Shown: positions 54,596 to 64,000 of the stretch, piece after piece
Numbering within the stretch: the first letter of the stretch is position 1
How the letters are laid out: every line of letters starts with the position of its first letter
From: Ptychomitrium polyphyllum
Taxonomy: Eukaryota
DNA: 64,000 nt
Reading direction: 5' to 3'
Assembly: GCA_973851085.1 (NCBI GenBank)
Contig: OZ316776.1
Span: 13,702,001 to 13,766,000, forward strand
Notes under the pieces: model-generated
The model's database searches: none
What the model saw: the letters and a program-made list of their open reading frames with translations, nothing else
Told to the model about the DNA's origin: nothing
Program-made: the position numbers and the translations under genes

Positions 54596-57296
54596 ATGGC
54601 AAGGATGGGGGAATTTGCGAGCCTGACTGCTCTCATGATCGTGATGTCAATGAGGTTAGATGGCATTCCCAGGGCCATAGAGGCTCAGCAGTTTGGATTG
54701 GTTCACAAGTAAGCGCATTTGGAAGGCTCCAGTGCCAAGAGCGGGGGCAAAGGAGTTTCGCCGGATTACTTTGAGACGCTCAAGGCGCACGATCGGAGAC
54801 GTTGGCTGGGGTTCTCGACTTTTTTCTAGACGGAAGCATCTCAACCACTGGGTATGCGTCTAAACGAATCCCCGTTGAATCCCTCTTCTCCCTACTATGT
54901 CTTCCATTGTCGGTAAGAAGCTGATTTACAGGATAGATCATGGCCCCTGGATTACCTGATTTGGGTGTGTGTGTCTCGCATTTTCAAGGCGGATTGTGTG
55001 TGCACCGAAGTTTTATCCTACGTCTAAATCGTAAATTTGATATTTCAGTTAGACACTTTACATCTAAGGCTTTGGTTAATTCATTGGCATGTGTAACAAG
55101 GCATCTGATCATGGTGGTCGGTATTGAGTCGGATGTTGTCTCTCAACAAATGTGTCGTGTAGGCGTGTTATTGGCCACCTCTCACACTCGACAGGCATGA
55201 CTGCACAAGGTCACCTGGAGTTTTAGACAAATTAATTCGGAATTTTCGAAAAATGGCGGCTGGTTATAACGTAAACGGTCGTGTGGCACCACAATCTTGA
55301 CACAACAATCCTGGACTGAAGGAGATAACTGTTGGAGGTTCCCATGTATCAGGTTGTACTATACGCAAATATCTCTAGGTACATCTACACATCACATCGT
55401 CTATACGCCTATCGTGCATCAGTAAAGACCATTAAGTTTCCTACTATTGCTTTTTTTTCTAAATTATTTACAGGCTCTATATTGGAGTGAATAGCTTGTC
55501 AATCAGTGATCTAAATATGCAGTAGGCTCAGATTCTTGCATTTAAAGGTTGAGGTAATAGTAGGAACCAGCTCGAATGTTGGGCCAGCTAACATCGTTTG
55601 GTTGTGCAGGTCACACTACTATGTAGGCATGCAGAACATTGCTGTAAATGAGGTGAACATCACAACACCGGCATCATTTGACCTCAGACTAAACGGACGT
55701 GGTGGTACCATAATGGATAGCGGCTCAACTCTGGCATTATTAATACAACCTGCGCATTATCGATTCGTAGCTGCAGTAAGTATCTGTGCATTGCACATGT
55801 TATGAGTGATGCTTGATTATGGTAATTCATCTGGTAATAGAGTTGTTCTGAGGATGGAGTACTGTGTCTGTAATGCTACTTACGGACGCTACACAGTGTA
55901 TTTAAAACACATCAAATCTAGTTGTATATTGTCACACCAACTTTCTGTTGGTGTGGGGTGTATCGTTTGAGTGCAAACAGATCCGTGATTTCTAATGCGA
56001 TGTATTACTATGGCAGGTATCAAAGAATGCACCGGTTCCTCTCCAGCAAATTCAGTGGCTCCAAATAAGGGTGCAATTAATTATTTTGTCTATAATGGCA
56101 GGTAAGTCCACTCTGATACCCAGTAAGCTAATATTCCACTCCTCATTGTGAGATTGGTCAATTTTAGTCGTTGAGTCTTGGACTAATCTCTGTGATGGTA
56201 CAGAACGTGAAGATAACATTTTATGAATTGTGATTGGGTGGTGCAGCACAGTTGGAACTTTTCCAGAAGTGAAGCTCGTTTTTAGTGGTGGAGCAGTCAT
56301 GTATTTGGGTCCAACGAATTATCGGGTTCCGTTTTCGTTAAATGTAAGTTTGGAAAACAAAACACCTTAATCTCTGTGTGACTGGCTTGATTTAGTCTAA
56401 TTTACATTGACCATATTTGTTGCACTGAGTCGATTATTTGATGCTCAAAGAGTATTTATTATGAAGTGTCTTTTTGTGGATCTTATTGTGTTCTGGTTAC
56501 TTTGTTGTGTCCTAAAAATCAAGTCTTTCTGCGGACAGGGTTTTGACGTTGTACTTTAGAATTGTTTGGGCTGTAGCACTTTGATACTAATTTCTTTGTT
56601 TTTCGATGTCTTCGATAATGGTTACAGAGCGGGGAAACAGCTTATTGCATTGCTTGGCTCCCAAGTACGGATATCACAATTTGTGGAGGTACAAATTTTT
56701 GGTTCACTAAAACTTCGGTTCTGAGTTCGATTGTCGTGGCAATTTGCCTTTCGAAGCTAAATCAAAACTTCGAATTTCTTTTCTTTTTCGTTTCTATTGG
56801 GGAAATGGTTCACGTTGAGCACAAGCAACACTCGATCTCTTCGTATGCCTTGATATTATTGTGTGGAGACTGATTCCATCTGGATATGGTTGTTGGGTCG
56901 CTGACAGACATTGTGCTGGTAGATCAGCTTGTTGTATACGATAATGATGAGCAAAGGGTTGGCGGGAAAGTATTCGACTGTGAGTGTTTTTCAATGTTGT
57001 AAAGCGGTTGAGTGCATTTGTGGTTTTTATGCGAAACAGGTCGTCTGCAAAATACAAAAGATTGTTTTACAGAGAATGTTTTTATGAATCGAAAGCTGAT
57101 AATACATTGAAATGCTGTAGGTGCCAAATCCATTTCCGTGGAAAACGGCACCGGTTTAATGAGTGCGATCCCTCCAGCTCAAGCCCCGGGTTCTCGTCAT
57201 GGAGGGGAACCTTCTGGAACCCAAGACTCGAGGTCAAGAACGAGCACTTTTTTATGTGCTTGGCTAACATTTGCATTCTTGCGTACTTTGCTGTGA
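54596..57296 (+). pseudogene. A1 (pepsin-like) aspartic protease pseudogene with a GPI-anchor-like tail
   Basis: Signal/propeptide exon (LKAHDRRR..VLDFFLDG..TG) with TAA at 54710 and a frameshift. The next exon breaks after GLY. C-lobe exons HYYVGMQNIAVN..GTIMDSGSTLA, FPEVKLVFSGGAVM, YCIAW..ITICG, DIVLVDQLVVYDNDEQRVG..FDC, then a hydrophobic tail. No N-lobe DTG exons found. Confidence 0.8.
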
Positions 57297-58827
57297 CACT
57301 TATTAATTTGGGTTTCACAACAACTTGTTAGTAGAAGCCTGGCCTTGGTATTCAAACAGTACTTGTAAAAATTCATCCTTGATTTATTCAACCCTGATTA
57401 AGAGCTGATTTCAAGCCAATGAAATTTGAGGTTTTTCCCACCAAAAATGAAAGGAGTTTGTGTGAAATTATTATCAGATAGCCACAATTACTAAATTTGG
57501 GCCTTACTTTCCGGTCAGGAATTTGGATTCTTTCACGTTAGTTTCAGATGAATACGCACATGCACTGATAGCAGGATAGGAGTCCTCAAGAAAGCAGAGG
57601 AACGACTGTGTCTATTTGACGTGGATAGCAGTTTGATATGCTATTGTTTTGGACTGGCTACTGGGAGCGAAACTCATGATGCAGTGGAATGTTGGTGAAG
57701 AGGCAACATTGTATGCCACCGCTTCGCCCTCGCCCTCGCCCTCCCGCATCCCTCTCTCTCGTAACAGGCACTGCTTGGATGTTGCTATCAGAGCTTTTCG
57801 ATGGCCATTACCGATCAGGCCATTCATTCCGAACCCTTACCATCGACTCTGCCCACCCTCCTCACACCACCAAAAGTGCTTCTCACAATCAGGCATTTAT
57901 GAATTCCTGACGCCATGAGGGAGATCAATTCTCAGGTGTTCGCGAGGGAGCAGAAGCAGCGGGGGACGGGGGGGGAGGGTCTGACAAGACAAAGCCATTT
58001 GTTGGTATCCAGAGGTTAACGAAGTGATGCACCTCCAGCAGCAGATGACAGGCCGTTTTTCTATGTCCGGGCACCATGATCAAGCTTGGCGTTAGCAAGT
58101 TGCGAGACATTATCAAATTCCCTTGTATTTTGAGAAGGCTAGAAATACACCCTAGATTCTTATTGTGCTGCAGGAACTTGCACCAGTGACCAAACAACAG
58201 GCGACCCTTCCTGAGGAAAGTAGCACCCTCTTCTTGCTACACATCCCCACTTGTTGTGTGCTGCATGACGGCTTGATGCATTTCCGGCATGTTGAGAACC
58301 TGATTTACCAACGTCGTTTTCTCTTACAAATTGAGGAAATTTTTGAGAGTGGTAACCTGGGGGGGTTGATAATTAGCATTGAGCCTGTTTGCAGTAAGCA
58401 AATCGACTCTGAAATTCTTGTAGTGCCAGGTGGTGCAGAAATTCTGAGATTATGAATTAATTGCGCATCATCATCAAAACGGCATCGACAGAGGAATTGT
58501 CCATTTTCTTGAGCACACAAACCGAGTGTACCTATTTCCTCATGTGTGCCAGAGGGGCATCATTGAAACACTCTTCTAGGCACGACGTCTTCCTGAACAT
58601 TCTGCTTCTGTCACCGTTAAAACATCTTGAACATTGGAATGCGCGTCCTTAAATGCATACATAGAGCATACAAATCTGATGAAATAATTGGTGGAGTTAT
58701 AGCGAGTGAGAAGTTTCAACTTTGGAACTTTGAACAGGTAAGGAGTGACATTTATAACCTGAACAGAAATCTGCTTCCAACCAAAGGGTTTTTAATTTGC
58801 AAGAGAGCAGGACTGTCAGCAAGTAAG

Positions 58828-59595
58828 ATGGTCTCGATCGGCACCATAACCTACTGGTGCTACATCACGGCAGTGCTGTTCCAAGCGGGGGTATCGCTGG
58901 GCTTCATCTTCTCGCCCCCAACGCTGGTATCCGTAGCAGCTGACAATTATGCGCAGTTCTTCATCCGCGTCACAGGCATATGCCTCCTCTCCTTAACTCA
59001 AGTCTTCTGGGGTTTCCGGCACGTCTCCTTCCAGGATGCGTCGCTGGCATCGTATTCGTATGGATGCGCCCGGCTGTTCGCCAAGTTCCACACTATGATG
59101 GCCATGCTGTTGTTCTGGGCCATTTACAACTCAGGCATGACCATCCCCATTGGTCGATACCTGCTGGGCTTGCACCTCATATGGGCCATCGTCATGACCT
59201 ACGCCGTGGTGCAGCACCACTGCAACGTCCACGGCTACATCATTGACACCACTTCCGTCCCCGCCGCTGGCAAGAGCTTTAAGCAGTTAGTGCAGGGCGA
59301 TGATGGTGAAGAAGCCAGGTCTGTGCTGCAAATGATCAAGGGCGAGGACTCCAGCTCTAAGAGTGTCTTGCAAATGTTTCAAGGTCAATTTCTCACCACT
59401 GCCTCCTTTCCTAAGTCCTCTATCATTGTTGTCATGTTGTTGTACTGCTTGCAACAATCCTAGTCTTCCTTGCAAATACTATCAGAAACATCCTTGAGGT
59501 TGTGTAGTAGTGAAGTGATGCTCATTCTGAAATTTGTTACGGGAAAATATCGTCCTTCGGATGGTGTTTGTGCAGATGAAATAAAAATGGACTAA
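58828..59595 (+). CDS. Uncharacterised ~191-aa protein with about 4 transmembrane helices. Exons 58828-59383, 59576-59595
   Basis: GC-rich coding-like stretch from ATG 58828 with four hydrophobic segments. The GT-AG intron gives a ...MFQ|DEIKMD* end; unspliced, the ORF ends at 59463. Confidence 0.7.
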
Positions 59596-61871
59596 GTGTT
59601 GATCGGGATGTCAAGCACATTGGAACGAAGGACCCCAAACACACTCCTGATGATAAACAGAGCTGCACAGTAGCTTCTGTGAAACAGAATAGGAGAGTTG
59701 ATGAATTGTAGCTACTCGAGGGTGTTCGAAAAGCCAGCTTGAAACTCTAACTGGAGCCATATTTTGCATGAGAGCAGCTGTAGCAGGTAACTATGTCATC
59801 AGTATAGTTTAGTTCTGGAAAGAGCGGTATCATACACTTCCTTGCTTGATCACAATTCTGCAAACTTCGTGTGAGGGCAATTATACGACGTTGTGAGGAT
59901 AACCTTTTGTGGAAAATAAAAAGAAAGAAATATGTGACCAAAATCTCCATGAGAACGACATTGCATACACGGTGATTGCAATAGATTTGTGGCATTTACA
60001 GGTTGATCTCATCGCCAATCTGTAAACACCACATCTTAGTGAACGAAAGGTTCACAATCTTCAAAGAATGACATGCACTTCGCCTGACACATTTCACGTA
60101 ATATCATGGATGTTCTGCTCCGTCTCTGTACAAACATCATACGAAGTGTAAAAGGTGTACCGTCGTGTGATTCCCAAACCAAAGCTCAGACCAAACTTTT
60201 TGTTCTAACGAAGACAACTGCAAACAAACGTCAATCTTGTATGTGACGAATGCAACAAGATTTCTAATTCAGAAGTATCCCATTTGCGTTCCAGAATTGA
60301 AATTTGCGGGCTACCAGGCAAAGGAATTCAAATTTCCAAAAAGATCATGTAGGCTCTAAGATAGGATATTTTGGAAATTCATTGAACAATGTACCTGTAC
60401 TCTAGAATCTGATGGTGACAGGATCGACCCAGGTTACATCTTGCCTAACACATGACACAACAGTTCAGCTTCCGTTGGATGAACACGTCTCCTTGTATAC
60501 AGCGGATTTGTTGGAGATTTTAAAGTAGACCTTAAATGTGTTTAAATGACATATTCTATACAGATTCAATAAAGCAAAGCTTGAAATGCTGATCATCACG
60601 ATCATGTCCCAAGCATCTTCCAACCATATCTTCCAAAAACAGCAGGACTCTCTAAGGATGTCCTCTAAAGTTGAGTAAACCTATGAAGCACCAACTCCTG
60701 TTGTAATCTACATTGACCTCTTACCAGGTGATTAAATACAACGTGGTGCACATCTTGGGCCTGAAAAAAAGGGAATTCCATCGATTAAAACATGTTCAAA
60801 ATAACCAAAACCGCATCTTTGACTTGTGTAACTATGAATTCAACGATGGCATAGAACATACAATTAAACCCCACACTGTTACCCTGAAAGTACAGGAACC
60901 TCTCCTGCATCATGGATTGCAAGACCTGGTCGACAGCAATATTCACCTACTCTTCCAACAAGAAATTCAAGAATGCATGTGATTATTCATGAGGGCTAGT
61001 AATTTTACAGGTCGCTATCCCTTAGGGTGGAACGTATCACTAAAACTAAAAATTCCTCTTCCAATTTGGACCTCAAGAAGATTGCAATGTGTAAACAGAA
61101 GAACATTTGACAGCTACAAATGGGCAGTTTCAGGAAAAAGGACATTTCAGACACGAGTTTCCCGACCCCCTGAGACCTCTCATGTTCCACAGCCTAGATA
61201 TATGAAGACAACATCGTGACTAGTTGAGATAATATCTCCACGGAGCAGAACATCCATGAGTCACCTGTTTCAAATTGCTGAACATCAGGTTTGATATCTT
61301 CTTTTCCTCTCTTTCAATGGACTGCACACACGTGCCACTATCCTATCATCACAGTAGTTTCCTTAAAAAAAGTTGAAACCTTCATTTCAAGCATATCTTC
61401 AGTACATTCTATCCTAGAGACCCCTTCGATCAGCAAGGAAAACGGGAAATGCAGAGTTTCCATCAGCTGAGCAACATGCAGTACCATGTGGACACTTCCA
61501 AATACCACGTGAACAATCCCAAAGGCAAGCAAAAACCACAATACCTTCTGTCCCACAGATCTAGGTTCTAAGTAATCCAACACTAAAGATGATATTATCA
61601 GATTGTGAATCAACTTGCATGAAAACCTCTAGACATAAAACCTCAACATCAAAGGAGTTGACAAACGTACAAAAAGATTCATGCCAAAAGCTTCATGCTA
61701 AAAGTTTCATGTCACAAAAGCAGCACCTCAACAATAAAGTAAAGATTGGCTACCAAGAACTTCGGAAAGTCAGAATCCAAACGAAGAATGAATTAACACA
61801 ACGTTCGTGTGGTCCTTGCACTTGAAAGAAAGGGTGGATATCAGAAAATAACCTACCAGGTGACACAGGAT

Positions 61872-62612
61872 TCATCCTTTCTTCACAGGCCGTTGCACGT
61901 ACGACTTATTGGGGTCCTCTGTTTTCAGCTTCGGCGGACGAAGTTCACCCCTCTTGGCCTTCTTTCCGCCTTTCTGGAAATCCCGCCAACTAGAAACTCT
62001 ATTCTCTCTGGTTTCTTCCCACTTCTCCTCGTGCTCCCGCTTGTGTTTCCACATCTCCCGTGTCTCCTCTTCCTCTTTCTTCACCCTACCTTCTTCTTCT
62101 GAGATGCGCATGGTAAGCTTTCTGCGTCTCCACTCCTGCTCTGTCAACATCTCCCTCACGCGCATCTTCCATGTCTGCCGGAAATCGTCCGACTGCTCAA
62201 ACTGATTCTCAAATTTCCCCTCGTCCACCATAGACTTAATTTTGGATGCATTATCACGTTTCAACTTCTTCCTCCTGTCCGCCCGCAACTCATCCCTGGC
62301 CGCGTTAATCTGCGAGACAATATAATCCCGCTCCAACGGATCCAACAGCAATTGCTGCGCCTTGGCGAGCGCGGCGAAGGCCTCGTTCGCCCGAGGATGC
62401 TTGCACTTGTCAGGATGGATGAGCAATGACAATTTGCGGTACTGCCTTCTGACGTCGTCCAGGCCCGAATCGAAGGGAAGATTGAGATGCTCGAAGGGGT
62501 TCAGCTTGAAGCAGCCCAAAACCCGCAGCACCTCATTGTCGCGCTCAACATCACTGACCTCCGCAAAGAACTCCTTAAGGAGCGCGTCCTCGGAAGTGGC
62601 CACGTCCACCAT
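61872..62612 (-). CDS. DNAJC8: J-domain protein of the DNAJC8/Spf31 type (splicing-associated), 246 aa, intronless CDS
   Basis: EFFAEVSDVERDNEVLRVLGCFKLNPFEHL, RQYRKLSLLIHPDKC (HPD motif), WEETRENRVSSWRDF, LRPPKLK. First ATG is at 62612; the ORF-track start at 62627 is TTG. Confidence 0.93.
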   Translation of the reverse strand: MVDVATSEDALLKEFFAEVSDVERDNEVLRVLGCFKLNPFEHLNLPFDSGLDDVRRQYRKLSLLIHPDKCKHPRANEAFAALAKAQQLLLDPLERDYIVSQINAARDELRADRRKKLKRDNASKIKSMVDEGKFENQFEQSDDFRQTWKMRVREMLTEQEWRRRKLTMRISEEEGRVKKEEEETREMWKHKREHEEKWEETRENRVSSWRDFQKGGKKAKRGELRPPKLKTEDPNKSYVQRPVKKG

Positions 62613-64000
62613 GGCCGCTCCCGCCAAAAAAACACCCTAGCGATGACAAAATCGAGGAAATTGCAAAACCCTAGAAAGCAAGACTCAAGAAGGCAGGGAC
62701 AGAGGCAGGGTGGCCGACGACGACGCACTCGGTTAACTTACTAGGCTTTTGGGAGTGGGAATGGGAGAAGGTGTGGAACAAGGAACATGGTGACCACAGA
62801 GACAGACGAACAGAAAGAGAAGGGCGGTGTTGATCCTTGGATGGTGAACCCTAAAAACAGTGCAGTGCAGAGTAACAAATAAAAACAAAAAGCACAAACC
62901 CAAGCACAGGTGTGTTGATTGATGGCACTAGTATGTATACTATGTAGTACTCTAGTGGGTTGGGAAGCCCCTCGGACTCATCCGGGGCTGCGGAAAGCCA
63001 GCGTCTTGGATGCACAGGTATGCACACGAGAGACACGAGACGAGACGAGACGAGAAGTGTCCTTCTCGTGACGACGAAGCAGACGACGACGAAGAGCAGA
63101 CAAGCACTCGAAGCTCGAGCCCCTCAGACACCAGACCCTAATGCTGCCTCGGCTTCAGCGTCCCTAAGCCAATACTACAACCCCCATTCTCGTCACTTTC
63201 ACGAATTGCACCCAGGTTGCCACTTTTATGGTTCGTTCGCACCTGCAGGTTCGAACCTCTGGTCGTAAGACCCTACCTTCTAGGATTACGAAAAGTGACA
63301 AGAACCACGTTGCACTTACAGTAAAAAAGAACTCAATTTCGGAAACAAACAAGTTTTTGCTAAAGGACAAAAAATCATTTACCATGATATGAGTAATATA
63401 AGTGCAGCCGTCTGCACTTATCCTAGAGGTACAAATCATAATGAAGATTGAGAATAATTCACAATAGCAATAGGATTTGTGATGATGTTTGCATTGTTGG
63501 GTGGATATTTGGCTACTATAAGAAATAAGAGTCAAATCAAATGGCATCTCCCCCTTTGCCAATGTTGTCTACTCATTTGGCTCTATTTTTCCACTCAATC
63601 AATTCGCCTTCTTCTATTTAAAGGTGATAAGATCATCTCTCTTTTAGAGAAAGGACACCTCAAGCTTGTAAATGCTCTTTTTTCTTCATTTTGTCCGCTT
63701 ATTTTTAAGTTTTGTATTTAAATTTTTTTTGTTGTAACTATATAAATCAAAGAGCCAGATTTGAGAAAAAATTTGGTTTTCCTTGTGATAATGGTCAAGT
63801 TTGCCAAAATGAATTTTCTTTCATGGATTAATGTGCTAGAGGTTGTTGCAACATTGTGAACAATTAAGTCTTTTAGTTTCATAAAGTTTTATCTAATTTG
63901 AGGTAAAGAAGTCATTAATGTTGGAATTCTTTGTTTTTGAAGTAAAGGATTATAGGATTGAAAAACCTCCAATTGCGTATAGGATTTGTGTTCTTGCCAT

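Noticed and set aside
57600..58650. Several short ORFs and coding-looking GC patches
   Set aside because: No recognisable domain or consistent exon chain.
63245..63265. GGTTCGAACC tRNA T-loop/B-box-like motif
   Set aside because: The flanks do not form a T-stem or cloverleaf.

Overview
Eukaryotic land-plant DNA. The decayed Tcn1-like chromoviruses and the gene style suggest a moss of the Physcomitrium type; this is an inference. Positions 1-15497 are a near-identical direct copy of 37763-53261, implying a recent tandem duplication with a unit of about 37.76 kb. Each copy carries an intact 6-exon SPX-RING (NLA/BAH1-like) E3 ligase gene and a 2-exon PLAC8-family gene. Between them (15.5-42.5 kb) is a nested LTR-retrotransposon island: a truncated Ty1/copia, two Tcn1-like chromoviruses (A and B), a tRNA-Met-primed gypsy (C) plus its solo LTR, an old non-chromovirus gypsy (D), and a 1.5-kb TG..CA insert with a 4-bp TSD. 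The right end holds an aspartic-protease pseudogene, an unrecognised 4-TM membrane protein gene and an intronless DNAJC8/Spf31 gene. The most notable signals are in the A/B chromovirus family: a Tf1-like self-priming signature (the PBS is complementary to the LTR sequence 30 nt after the TATA box, with covarying changes), perfect heat-shock elements plus a GAAnnTTC repeat array in U3, and a conserved extra ORF of about 150 codons between the chromodomain and the PPT.
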